36,813 bases of DNA from an uncultured virus (IMG/VR IMGVR_UViG_3300029305_000620) (IMGVR_UViG_3300029305_000620), one strand, 5' to 3'. Shown: positions 7,035-15,980, counted from the first letter of the stretch. Made by a program: numbers and translations. The notes: generated from the letters alone by a model not told the origin.

Positions 7035-7058
7035 CGATCAACTTACCATCAACTTACG
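7026..7058 (+). repeat. 3 x 11-bp tandem repeat
   Basis: ATCAACTGACG / ATCAACTTACC / ATCAACTTACG. Confidence 0.8.
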
Positions 7059-7072
7059 AAAGGACGATCACC

Positions 7073-7303
7073 ATGACCGACACCATAACCCGCCCACAGT
7101 TTGACCAAAGGATGCGCGAATACTTCTTCGACAAGGGATGGCGCATCAACGACGACGGCCTGCTGGTTCTCACAGCAAAGCAGGCCAGCAAGGCCGACCT
7201 GGAGCGCAGCATTCGCAACCCGGCCAAGCGCGTCCTCATGATCCCCTGCCTGCACGGCTGCGCCCTCCTTTTTGAGGGCCAGCACTTCATCATCGTAAAC
7301 TGA
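7073..7303 (+). CDS. Hypothetical protein (76 aa)
   Basis: RBS GAAAGGA; ORF track. Confidence 0.8.
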   Translation: MTDTITRPQFDQRMREYFFDKGWRINDDGLLVLTAKQASKADLERSIRNPAKRVLMIPCLHGCALLFEGQHFIIVN

Positions 7304-7335
7304 CGACACGCCCACAGGGCAGAAAGGACAGCACC

Positions 7336-7488
7336 ATGACAGCCGCCGCATCACTTGCCCGCGTGAATGAGATCACCGCGAACCGGAAGGCCCGCAAGCG
7401 CAACACCGAGACCACCCCCTGGTGGGTAGAGCCTATGATCAGCGCCATCCTGGCGGTCATGGTCTGGCTGCTCTTTGTGGGATGCTGA
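7336..7488 (+). CDS. 50-aa single-TM membrane peptide
   Basis: RBS GAAAGGA; MTAAASLARVNEITANRKARKRNTETTPWWVEPMISAILAVMVWLLFVGC (below ORF-track cut-off). Confidence 0.7.
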   Translation: MTAAASLARVNEITANRKARKRNTETTPWWVEPMISAILAVMVWLLFVGC

Positions 7489-7496
7489 ATAAACGC

Positions 7497-7531
7497 AAAA
7501 AAGGGAGAGGCCGAAGCCTCTCCCTCTTTTT
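7497..7531. terminator. Bidirectional intrinsic terminator
   Basis: A run-AGGGAGAGGC-CGAA-GCCTCTCCCT-T run. Confidence 0.85.
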
Positions 7532-7600
7532 GTTGCTGCGGTGGTGCTCGCAGCTGTTGCGCCATACACAAGCCAGAAGCGTGGTATATGGATCTGTCGC
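7497..7600 (-). ncRNA. Candidate ~100-nt small RNA
   Basis: Perfect TTGACA(7635-7630)-17bp-TATAAT(7612-7607) promoter, two hairpins, terminator, no RBS-led ORF. Confidence 0.55.
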
Positions 7601-7640
7601 GGCAGTATTATACATCCGCCGCCCCGACTTGTCAAGTTGC

Positions 7641-7680
7641 CTTATGTTCTTGACTTATCTCTTACGTTCTTGACTTATCC
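7641..7680. repeat. 2 x 20-bp tandem repeat just upstream of the sRNA -35
   Basis: CTTATGTTCTTGACTTATCT / CTTACGTTCTTGACTTATCC. Confidence 0.8.
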
Positions 7681-7686
7681 CTTGTG

Positions 7687-8523
7687 TTATTTCAGCAGGG
7701 CCGCCCAGGTCAGCGGGCCACAGTACCCGTCAACCTCCAGCCCCTTGGCCTTCTGGAACTTCTTCACGGCTGCCAGCGTTTTCGGGCCGAAGCTGCCGTC
7801 CACGTCGCCGCAGGAATAGCCAAGCGCATTCAGGAGCCGCTGCAGCGTCTTCACCTGATTGCCCTTGCTGCCGTTCTTCAACACGTTCAATTCTACCATG
7901 CACGTTTTCCCTCCAGATTCGCCCGCTGTGGCCCCTCCGGCCTCGGGGACGGGTATTTGTTCATCCTTCGCCGCAGGCGGCTCTACGGGCGTTTCTGCGC
8001 CGTCCAGGACACCAGGAAGCGCGGCCCAGTGCGTCCAGCTGCGGGAGGACACCTTTGTCTTGACCACGCCGTAGGAGTGCCCGCGCGCTTCCACCGCATA
8101 ACCGCCGCCGATATAAACGCCTGTGTGGCTCATGCGGCCCTTGTCATTGATGTGGTACAGGATCACGCCCGGCACATCCGGCAGGCTGTCAATGGTGCCC
8201 TTCTTGTCCCACGCGGTTTTCGTCCATTGGCTGTTCGCGCCGCTGACCAACTCCTGCCCGGCGGCCTTGCAGCTGTAGCGCGTGAGCTGGGCGCAGTCAT
8301 ACGCCTGCTTGCCGTTGTACTTGCAGCCCGTGCAGGAGCTTTGCTTGCCGCTCAGGACGGGGCAGTTGTTGTACATGTTCGACTTGTACTCCGGGTAGGC
8401 TTTGGCGCGCTCCTTGCGGAAAGCGGGCGTGCATTTCTTCTCGCCATAGCCGCCGTAGATATACGCGCACCCGATCTTGCTGATGGCATAGTTCGCGATG
8501 GTCTGACCTTTGATTGTTGCCAT
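7687..8523 (-). CDS. Endolysin: NlpC/P60-like catalytic domain + C-terminal PG_binding_1 domain
   Basis: YDCAQL, HTGVYIG, EARG catalytic motifs; LKNGSKG.QVKTLQRLL...DGSFGPKT.AAVKKFQ...VDG.CGPLTW. Confidence 0.9.
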   Translation of the reverse strand: MATIKGQTIANYAISKIGCAYIYGGYGEKKCTPAFRKERAKAYPEYKSNMYNNCPVLSGKQSSCTGCKYNGKQAYDCAQLTRYSCKAAGQELVSGANSQWTKTAWDKKGTIDSLPDVPGVILYHINDKGRMSHTGVYIGGGYAVEARGHSYGVVKTKVSSRSWTHWAALPGVLDGAETPVEPPAAKDEQIPVPEAGGATAGESGGKTCMVELNVLKNGSKGNQVKTLQRLLNALGYSCGDVDGSFGPKTLAAVKKFQKAKGLEVDGYCGPLTWAALLK

Positions 8524-8736
8524 GTTTTTTCCCTCCGCTCTCATAAAACTATGAAAAATCGCATAGTTTTTGCACAAAGTTACCTCTTTGCACATCGCAT
8601 CGTGGCAACTATGTGCAAAAAAACGCGGTTTTTTTACATCAAGTCGAACTTTTGATGCTTCAAATGTTCAACTTGACGCGTTTTTGATGTATTGATGTAT
8701 CACTTAACGCGTTGATTACGCGTTGATTGATGTAAT

Positions 8737-8766
8737 AAAAAAAGAGGCGGATTGCTCCGCCTCCCT
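8737..8766 (-). terminator. Intrinsic terminator between holin and endolysin
   Basis: GAGGCGGA-GCAA-TCCGCCTC followed by T7 on minus strand. Confidence 0.75.
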
Positions 8767-8767
8767 T

Positions 8768-8980
8768 TTATTCGATTTTGCCGGTTTCCAGCTCAGGCAG
8801 GCCCGCGACGCTGGTCAGCAGGGACAGGATGCCGGACAGCAGCGCAGCGCTGCCGACCATGATCCAGTTGACCTCGCCCATCACGGCAGAGGTGCCGATG
8901 GTCGCCACAGCGGTCTGGGCGACGGTCTTGATCGCGCGGACACCCGCAGCCTTGATCCACTTCACAAACTGATCTTTCAT
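8768..8980 (-). CDS. Holin (r1t-like)
   Basis: WIKAAGVRAIKTVAQTAVA...ILSLLTSVAGLPE pattern. Confidence 0.85.
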   Translation of the reverse strand: MKDQFVKWIKAAGVRAIKTVAQTAVATIGTSAVMGEVNWIMVGSAALLSGILSLLTSVAGLPELETGKIE

Positions 8981-8984
8981 GTTG

Positions 8985-9302
8985 TTAATCCCCTTTCTCA
9001 GGTGGTTCGGTCGGGAGTGCCAGGAATTTGACGTGGATGTCATCCATCACGCCGTTGGCACCCAGTGCATGGTATTGAGCCCAGCAGTTTTCAAAATTCT
9101 GCCGGGCGTAGATCGGAGCATAGCCCCGGTCTGCCCATTTGTTGTAGTCGGCGATCATCTGCGCACGCAGAAGGGCCTGGATGCCCAGCCGCACGGCCTT
9201 GATCTGATTCTGCTGGCTGCGGAAGAAGCCGACGACAAGCCCGCCTATCGTGAGCAGGATCGTCGGAATACCCAGCACGCAGAGCCATTGGTATGTGGTC
9301 AT
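8985..9302 (-). CDS. Membrane-anchored lysis-module protein (holin-associated)
   Basis: N-terminal TM; GIQALLR...YHALGANG motif; position before holin. Confidence 0.75.
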   Translation of the reverse strand: MTTYQWLCVLGIPTILLTIGGLVVGFFRSQQNQIKAVRLGIQALLRAQMIADYNKWADRGYAPIYARQNFENCWAQYHALGANGVMDDIHVKFLALPTEPPEKGD

Positions 9303-9377
9303 CGGTCGTTATGCTCCTTATGTTCATTTGACCGCCGAAGCGGAGAGGGACAGCACATCGCCGTCCCCCGGTTGGTT

Positions 9378-10754
9378 TTATTCACCTGTCGTGGCAGTCG
9401 TGGTTTCAGTCAAGCCCAGGTCAGCCTTTAGCTGGTCGATGGTGACGGGTTGCCAACTCCTTGCCGTCTGGCTCCAGCGGTAGTAGTACACGCCGTTCAA
9501 ATTGTCAGGCGGGGGAAGCACTTCCGCGTCAAGCGGTTTGTAAATAGCGTCGAGCGCAAATTTGATGTGCGGATACTGTGCGGCCCAATCTGTAGCAATG
9601 TAGATGCCGGCGCTACCGTCGATTTCTCCGAGGAAATTGCCGGTTTTCTCCTTGTCGTAGGAGATGTATTTCGGCGCACCGCTTGTGTCACCACTTGCGT
9701 AGAGTCCGTACAGACAGGGGGCGAGAAACATTTCCATCTTTGACAAAATCCAGCTTGACTGCGACTCTCCCGCATCGTTCTGAACAAAAATCGGGAAATA
9801 TGCGCCGCCCTTGTCGAAGGAATACTTGTTCAACGGGACAGGACATACCTTATAACCCAGTATCTGAGTCGTGCCGTTCACCGTGACAGACAGGATTTCC
9901 TTGCCTTCGGTTTCGCCGTCCCACACAATCCACCCTCCCGGGATTTCATACGCCCAGCAAGGCCGATTCGCGATGTGCCCTTCCTCGCCCTCCAGCGCAT
10001 CCATGTCAGGGGTAGGAACGTCAAGCAGTTCCCTGTCCACCTTCTTGATGTCGGTGGTCGTGGTTTCGACTTCCGCCGCGCTCCTGATCGTCAGGACGGG
10101 GGAATCCACAGGGTCAGCGAACACAGCCGTGCCATAGAAGCCGTCAGAACCACCCGGCACAAGCAGGATAAGGTACGTTGCATCCGGGGCAGGGTTTTCG
10201 AGAGGAAAATCATCGTCAGTCATTGCCGTGTTGCCGAATACATAGGCTTCCTGCCCAACCGCAAAAGCGGAAATATCCACGCACTTGCTTGTGTACTCAT
10301 TGCCGCCGATGATGATCGTGTAGGTTTCACCAGCCACAGGGGAGGATACAGGCGGGGCGGGAAGCTGATACCGCCCGTCCATAGCCACCATCTCTGCATC
10401 CTGATAGATGTAGGCGTAGCCCTTCTCGGTGGTGACTTCCTTCCATGCCAGCCGTTCCACCCACGCCGTATTGCCATCCTTGTCGGTGACAAGCTGCTGG
10501 TGGGCGGCTTTATCGCCACCAAGGATGGAGGCTTTTTCGTCCGCGTTGGCCGCACTCTTTGCGGCATCAGCTGCACTGGTAGCCGCAGCCGCCGCCTGGC
10601 TCAGGGCCGCAGACGCGCTGGTGGCCGCCGCAGCCGTGAGGTTGACAGCAGCAGCAGCGCTTTCGTTCGCGGCCTCAATACCCTTCTCCATGTGCACAAG
10701 GTGCTCCGCGGAGAATACCTGACCGTTTTTCAGGTTCAGTCTTTCATAAGGCAT
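9378..10754 (-). CDS. Putative fibre/minor structural protein
   Basis: N-terminal SAEHLVHMEKGI structural-anchor-like motif, Ala-rich coiled segment; tail-module position. Confidence 0.6.
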   Translation of the reverse strand: MPYERLNLKNGQVFSAEHLVHMEKGIEAANESAAAAVNLTAAAATSASAALSQAAAAATSAADAAKSAANADEKASILGGDKAAHQQLVTDKDGNTAWVERLAWKEVTTEKGYAYIYQDAEMVAMDGRYQLPAPPVSSPVAGETYTIIIGGNEYTSKCVDISAFAVGQEAYVFGNTAMTDDDFPLENPAPDATYLILLVPGGSDGFYGTAVFADPVDSPVLTIRSAAEVETTTTDIKKVDRELLDVPTPDMDALEGEEGHIANRPCWAYEIPGGWIVWDGETEGKEILSVTVNGTTQILGYKVCPVPLNKYSFDKGGAYFPIFVQNDAGESQSSWILSKMEMFLAPCLYGLYASGDTSGAPKYISYDKEKTGNFLGEIDGSAGIYIATDWAAQYPHIKFALDAIYKPLDAEVLPPPDNLNGVYYYRWSQTARSWQPVTIDQLKADLGLTETTTATTGE

Positions 10755-10777
10755 TTTGTTCCCTCCTGCCTATGTTG

Positions 10778-11218
10778 TTATGCTTCCACAGCTTCCCAGC
10801 CCGCCGGGTAAGCATCGGGAGCCCAGGTGTTGCCGTCGATCAGGGAGCGATACAGCGTGCCGTTGAAGCTCACCACGTCGCCGGTGTTGTAAGCGTCGGA
10901 TGCACCAAGGGGCTGCACCCATTCGGCATGACCGTCTTCAGTCACGCCGATCTTCTTGTACAGGCTGGGGGAAGCATCCGGCACCCACTCAGCCGTCGAG
11001 GTATGCGCCTGAAGAACCTGGTAGAGCTGAGGATCGCCAACGGCATTCTCGCCATAGGAGAACACTTCCTTGACCTTGTAGGCCTTGCCGATCTTGTACT
11101 TGGGGAACACGGTGGCCACCGCCATCATGTCCGCCGCCTGGGTGTCAACGTCCATGGACGCGAGGAAAAGCTGCAGCGCCTTGCGCAGCTCAAGAGCCTG
11201 CTGAACTTTGTTCGTCAT
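10778..11218 (-). CDS. Tail-associated protein with carbohydrate-binding (CBM5/12-like) C-terminus
   Basis: EWVQPLGASDAYNTGDVVSFNGTLYRSLIDGNTWAP...GW motif. Confidence 0.75.
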   Translation of the reverse strand: MTNKVQQALELRKALQLFLASMDVDTQAADMMAVATVFPKYKIGKAYKVKEVFSYGENAVGDPQLYQVLQAHTSTAEWVPDASPSLYKKIGVTEDGHAEWVQPLGASDAYNTGDVVSFNGTLYRSLIDGNTWAPDAYPAGWEAVEA

Positions 11219-11221
11219 GTC

Positions 11222-11638
11222 TTATTCCTCCCCATTCAGCAGCGCATTCATCGCCGCCATGTTTTCGGTAGACTGACCGGAGGCAATGGCTTCAAGGGCC
11301 GCCGCGGTGCGCTCCGCGTTGATGGCTTCCGCCTCAGCCGCCGCCTGGGCAGCAGCAGCCGCCGCCGCCTCGCGTTCGTCCTCGAATGCCTCAATAACCG
11401 CCAGCTTGTCCTCAGCGGTTTCGCACGTGGAGAAATCGCAGCCCATCTTGGTGTACAGATCCACCATCTGACCGAGCGTGCCGAAGAAAGCGCCGTTGAT
11501 CTCACCGCCGCCGCAGACCACGGTGATGCTATCAACACCAGCGATGGGGTAGCGCTCGATCCACTGCTTGGCGGTCAGCACCTCGCCAATGGGGGTCAGG
11601 ATGGGGTCTTGCTTGTTCCAGATTGCGTACTTGTTCAT
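11222..11638 (-). CDS. Hypothetical tail-module protein
   Basis: RBS GGAGG before MNKYAIW; Ala-rich helical C-terminus. Confidence 0.75.
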   Translation of the reverse strand: MNKYAIWNKQDPILTPIGEVLTAKQWIERYPIAGVDSITVVCGGGEINGAFFGTLGQMVDLYTKMGCDFSTCETAEDKLAVIEAFEDEREAAAAAAAQAAAEAEAINAERTAAALEAIASGQSTENMAAMNALLNGEE

Positions 11639-11657
11639 GTTGATTTCCTCCCTCGAA

Positions 11658-12794
11658 TTATTCTCTGTAGACATATGCGTCAACGGTATTCACACCACCA
11701 CCAGCACCGCCATTTGTACTGCCGCCAGCGAAAAGCGCGTAGTTTCCTACCGTAGCCGCGGCAATGTCGCAACGCGCAACACTCAATTCAGTTGGCGTAG
11801 AGCGCGTCAGGGATGCGTTGTATGCGTCTACCGTAGAATCGCCGCTTGAATGCAAGCCGCCGGCGAAAAGAGCATAATTGCCCGCCGTGGTTGCGGCAAG
11901 TTTATTTCGCGGCCAGCTCAACTCGGTTGGCGTATAGCGAGTAAGGGACGCGTTGTAAGCATCCACGGCGGCTGTACGTCCGCTTGTGCTGTTGTAACCA
12001 CCGCCGAACAGCGCATAGCCACTCACATTGGTTGCGGCAAGGCCATTTCGCGCAACGCTCAACGCGGTTGGCGTAGAGCGCGTCAGGGATGCGTTGTATG
12101 CGTCTACAGCGGAAAGTCGCGAACCATTATAACCGCCAGCGAAAAGCGCATAGTTGCTCACCCTCGTTGCGACAAGTTCGGAACGCGCAACGCTCAACGC
12201 GGTTGGCGTGGAACGGGTAAGGGATGAGTTGTATGCGTCTACCGCCGTTTTATAAGTGCTGCCATCCACGCCGCCAGCGAAAAGCGCGTAGTTTCCTACC
12301 TTGGTTGCGGCAAGTTTATTTCGCGCAGCATGCAGCGAAGTCAACATGGCTTGGGTAAGCGATGTATCGTATGCGTCTACCGTCGCAGATGAAGTGTCCG
12401 AATTGTTAAGTTTGCCGCCAGCAAAAAGAGCATAATCGCCAACCGTGGCTGCAGCAAGATAGGTTCGTGCATAAGAAAGCGAGTAAGGCTCAGACCGGGT
12501 CAGGGTGTTGTTGTATGCGTCTACCTTCGCTGCGTAATTGCCGGAGGAATCCATGCCGCCGCCGATAAGAGCGTAGTTTCCTACCGTTGTTGCGGCATGC
12601 AAACTGCGGCCAACGCTCAAAGAGGTAATCGCGCCGTAATACGATATTTCTTCGCTGCTCCAACACGGCCTTGCAACACCGCCCACTCCGATGTACGCCT
12701 TGATGATCTTCCGGGCCTTGCTGTTCACGCCAATGTAGCCGCCGGTGATCTTCCGCGCCTTGCCGCCTACGCCGATATAAGCACCTTGTGCCAT
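11658..12794 (-). CDS. Seven-repeat Kelch-like beta-propeller protein (candidate receptor-binding protein)
   Basis: Seven YALFAGG...VDAY repeats of about 46-48 aa; follows tail fibre. Confidence 0.8.
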   Translation of the reverse strand: MAQGAYIGVGGKARKITGGYIGVNSKARKIIKAYIGVGGVARPCWSSEEISYYGAITSLSVGRSLHAATTVGNYALIGGGMDSSGNYAAKVDAYNNTLTRSEPYSLSYARTYLAAATVGDYALFAGGKLNNSDTSSATVDAYDTSLTQAMLTSLHAARNKLAATKVGNYALFAGGVDGSTYKTAVDAYNSSLTRSTPTALSVARSELVATRVSNYALFAGGYNGSRLSAVDAYNASLTRSTPTALSVARNGLAATNVSGYALFGGGYNSTSGRTAAVDAYNASLTRYTPTELSWPRNKLAATTAGNYALFAGGLHSSGDSTVDAYNASLTRSTPTELSVARCDIAAATVGNYALFAGGSTNGGAGGGVNTVDAYVYRE

Positions 12795-12808
12795 ATCAGC
12801 TCACCTCC

Positions 12809-13819
12809 TTACTCATAGACAAAGTACAGCGTTCCCGTTGCCAGAGTGCTTGTACCTGCCGTGAGATCAGACGTGCCGGCAGAGATGCTCCTGACCTGTG
12901 CGTTGGAAAGCGTCGCCATGGCGGTTGCATTGCCCTGCACGCGGCCTGCAAGGGTGCCTGCGGAAACTTCGGACGCGTTGTGCGTGTGGGATGCTGCTGC
13001 CTTTCCGTTTGCCAGATCATAGGCAGCCTTGACCGCCGCCGGGGTGGCCGCCACGCCGCCGCTTACTCCGCTTGTGCTGCTTGTGGAGTCGGACAGCTTG
13101 ACGTGACCGTAGTTGCTGCTTGTGCCCGCGCCGTAGGTCGTCGAGGAGCTTGCATGGCTCGTCGGCGCTTTTGCGCTGAGCGCGGAATTGACCACCTTAT
13201 TCTGCACAGGATTGGCGCTGGAGGATGAAAGCGCGGAGTCTACGGTAACGCCTTCCGGGATCGTGGGCTTGTCCTTCAGGTCGTTATAGCTGCCGCTGGT
13301 TGCGACAGTAGCAAGCCCATTCACGTTGCTCGCATACACCTTCTGGCGGCCTACAACTTTCCACTTGGAAACCGATGCGTCATACTGAACGGTGACAGGA
13401 CTCCCCGCAGAAAAGAAGCCGGGCTCGGTAGGCATCACATAGGTGGTGTTATTGTCATCAACAGGAAGCACCATATGCTTTGCTCCGAGGTTGTTGACGG
13501 CGAGGAAAGTACCCTGATGAGCAGATGCGCTGGTCGTGTCGGGAATGATCGTGATGGTGAGGCCGTTGAAAAGGCTGTCCACACCGGGGACGGTAGCGGC
13601 GTAGATGTAGCCGCCGTCAGTGCTTGTGGCCGCCACAGCGGGCACGCCGATGCTGTGATTCTCCTGCAGTTCCTCAACAGCTTCACTCATGCCGTTCATG
13701 TACCAGTTGAAGTATGCGGCAGGGGGTTTCTGCCCAGGCTGGAAGCCGTTTGTTTTCAATGATTCGGGAGGCTCAACGCCTGCCGCGTGCCATGCCGGCA
13801 CAGTTTTTTTAAGAGCCAT
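12809..13819 (-). CDS. Tail fibre protein
   Basis: GQKPPAAYFNW N-terminus, SGSYNDLKDKP and GHVKLSD...AATPAAVKAAYD fibre repeats. Confidence 0.85.
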   Translation of the reverse strand: MALKKTVPAWHAAGVEPPESLKTNGFQPGQKPPAAYFNWYMNGMSEAVEELQENHSIGVPAVAATSTDGGYIYAATVPGVDSLFNGLTITIIPDTTSASAHQGTFLAVNNLGAKHMVLPVDDNNTTYVMPTEPGFFSAGSPVTVQYDASVSKWKVVGRQKVYASNVNGLATVATSGSYNDLKDKPTIPEGVTVDSALSSSSANPVQNKVVNSALSAKAPTSHASSSTTYGAGTSSNYGHVKLSDSTSSTSGVSGGVAATPAAVKAAYDLANGKAAASHTHNASEVSAGTLAGRVQGNATAMATLSNAQVRSISAGTSDLTAGTSTLATGTLYFVYE

Positions 13820-13838
13820 TTTTCACCCTCCTATACGT

Positions 13839-14462
13839 TTATACGGGCAATGCCGTGCTGGTGTCAGTGGCATAGCCGAGCGTGCCGCCAATCGTCTGCG
13901 CCTCATCCGCGAAGCCCGCATTCTCGTCATATTCCATGCTCGTGGTGCCAAACTCAAACGTACCGGAGAAGCCGTAGAACGAGAACGAAACGCCGGAAGG
14001 GATGAGCGCCTGCACGATCTTCGTGGCGGATGTAATATCCATGCCGATTTTGTTGATGGCATCATACGGGATGCCGTCAAGCACAACCTCGCATTTGCCC
14101 TCCGTCTCTGTCAGCAGCACGTCGGCCGGGTTGCAGCCGAACGTGATGCAGATGGCATTGACGATGCTGTTGTGATCGGAGCCGGACAGGTTGCGGATAA
14201 TGCGTGCCTTGAGCAGCGCCCTGTATTGCTCATCGGTTGCAATGCCGCGCGTCTGCCCCAGCATCTCACCGTACAGGTCAAGCGTATTGCCCGTGGCCAG
14301 CTCAATGTCCAGGCTGTCGTAAATCGCATTCACGGCCTCCCGCAGCTTGTCGGTCGCGCTTTTTTCAACGCTGAGGATCTTGGCGTTGTTCGACCCTGCT
14401 GTCTTGCGGTATGCGTCCGGCAGGTTTTTTACGTGGTTCTCGCGGTTAAAGCGCGTGATCAC
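13839..14462 (-). CDS. Baseplate wedge protein (DUF2612/gpI-like)
   Basis: ATGNTLDLYG...R...DEQYRALLKARI motif; follows baseplate J. Confidence 0.8.
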   Translation of the reverse strand: MITRFNRENHVKNLPDAYRKTAGSNNAKILSVEKSATDKLREAVNAIYDSLDIELATGNTLDLYGEMLGQTRGIATDEQYRALLKARIIRNLSGSDHNSIVNAICITFGCNPADVLLTETEGKCEVVLDGIPYDAINKIGMDITSATKIVQALIPSGVSFSFYGFSGTFEFGTTSMEYDENAGFADEAQTIGGTLGYATDTSTALPV

Positions 14463-15616
14463 GTCACCACCTCCAAAGCAACACCAGCGCAGACCACCGT
14501 GCCATACTGAGGCACGGTGATGTTGTCCGTGCTATACGCTCCGCCGTTCGTGGACAGCTTGAGCGTCGTGACCTCCGTCACACCGGGGACGCTGTAGATG
14601 TAGCCGTACAGGGTGGACAGCACAAGGGAGTTTCCGATGCCGAGGTTGTTGATGTAATTCGATACAGCGGTGCTGATCTGATCCTTGCCATCATCCGGGA
14701 AGGATGCGTTGGTTCGAATCTGAATGTAAACCGAAACGGTAATCTCGGGAGCGTAGGTGTACCTGACCACTCGCGCATTGCCGCTGAGGTCGGTGATGGT
14801 GACGGACTCATTGCCCCAGGTCTGAATGCCCACAGGGCGCTTGTCGAAGATGGCCTGCGCAATTTCCTGCCGCTTGCCTTCCCCACCCTGCACATAGCAT
14901 TCAAAGCTGTGCGGGGGTCTGCCTGAGCCGTCTTCTCCATCCGTTTCGTTCTCGATCACAGCCGCGAATTGCACGCCGGGGATGCGCAGCAGCGCCGCAC
15001 GGATGGCGTTGGTGTTGCCGCTGCCCGCACCGCTGACGGCCGCCGCAAAGCGCTTGCGCAGCTCTGTGTCGCTTTCCTCATCAATGCCAGCGTTGATGAT
15101 CTCAACACCGGCAACAGCATCCACGTTCGCGTCGGGGTTCACGATGCGGGAAATGGCCGCCGCACTTGCAAGGTTGCCCACCGTGCCCGTATCGGAGCAG
15201 CACACCTCCGCGAGGCATGTTCCGTCGCTTCCGATGGTGTAGTCCTGGATTGTCCAGTATGTCAATTCGGTGTCCGTGGCAACCAGGAATCCCGCGGAAA
15301 TCACATACCCAGCCTTGCCTGTAAACCGCACCCGGTATTCCGCAGCTGATGCAGGATTGCGGGAAATGCCGGCAAACACCATGAGCCGGTCAAGGCTCTG
15401 CCCGGATGCCGTATTGGGAAAGCGGGAATAATAGACCTGTTCGATTTCTTCCTCCGCAATCGCCTGGTCGTAGGCGTTGACGCGAAGGTACTTGCCCAGA
15501 ACGCTCTGGTCGCTCGTGTCGATGTCCTCACCCAGGAGCTCCTTCGCCCGCCGTTCTTTCTCAGACAGGATGTCGGCGTAGGTGCGTCTCTGATAACCCT
15601 TATCCGTCAATCCCAT
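14459..15616 (-). CDS. Baseplate J/gp47-like protein
   Basis: TASGQSLD, G.DEESDTELRKR, PPHSFECYV motifs. Confidence 0.9.
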   Translation of the reverse strand: MGLTDKGYQRRTYADILSEKERRAKELLGEDIDTSDQSVLGKYLRVNAYDQAIAEEEIEQVYYSRFPNTASGQSLDRLMVFAGISRNPASAAEYRVRFTGKAGYVISAGFLVATDTELTYWTIQDYTIGSDGTCLAEVCCSDTGTVGNLASAAAISRIVNPDANVDAVAGVEIINAGIDEESDTELRKRFAAAVSGAGSGNTNAIRAALLRIPGVQFAAVIENETDGEDGSGRPPHSFECYVQGGEGKRQEIAQAIFDKRPVGIQTWGNESVTITDLSGNARVVRYTYAPEITVSVYIQIRTNASFPDDGKDQISTAVSNYINNLGIGNSLVLSTLYGYIYSVPGVTEVTTLKLSTNGGAYSTDNITVPQYGTVVCAGVALEVVT

Positions 15617-15963
15617 GCAAACTCACCTCCAACTTCTTCACCTTTCGCAGTCTGCGCCTTGAAGGTGACAGTCGCCTTTCGGGCCGCCCTGTCCACCTTG
15701 TAGGAAAACTCCGTGATGGTGAAGGTGCTGTCCACCTGGGCCAGGCCGCGCTCGATTTCAAAGCGTGCAAGTTCCTCGCCCACACCCTTGCCCAGAAGGT
15801 TGCCGAAATCAATGCCCTGCTCCCAGTCGAAAAACCACTCTTTCAGGTTGGTACGCAGAACCGTCCAGACCTTTTGCCGCGTGAGCTCATCGCCCACCAC
15901 AATGCTGATGTGACCGTTCTCAATCAGCACATCGCCGTTTGCGTCCAAAGCAAAGCCCTTCAT
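15607..15963 (-). CDS. Baseplate wedge / sheath initiator (gp25/DUF2634-like)
   Basis: LRTNLKEWFFD..QGI motif; position before baseplate J. Confidence 0.75.
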   Translation of the reverse strand: MKGFALDANGDVLIENGHISIVVGDELTRQKVWTVLRTNLKEWFFDWEQGIDFGNLLGKGVGEELARFEIERGLAQVDSTFTITEFSYKVDRAARKATVTFKAQTAKGEEVGGEFAWD

Positions 15964-15980
15964 GTGATCCGCTCCTTCCC

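Noticed and set aside
7290..7635. Minus-strand ORFs 7290-7571 and 7351-7635 as products of the consensus promoter
   Set aside because: No RBS, and they run through the terminator or start within the promoter
9378..13819. Diversity-generating retroelement acting on tail genes
   Set aside because: No reverse transcriptase and no non-coding template repeat with adenine-specific mismatches seen
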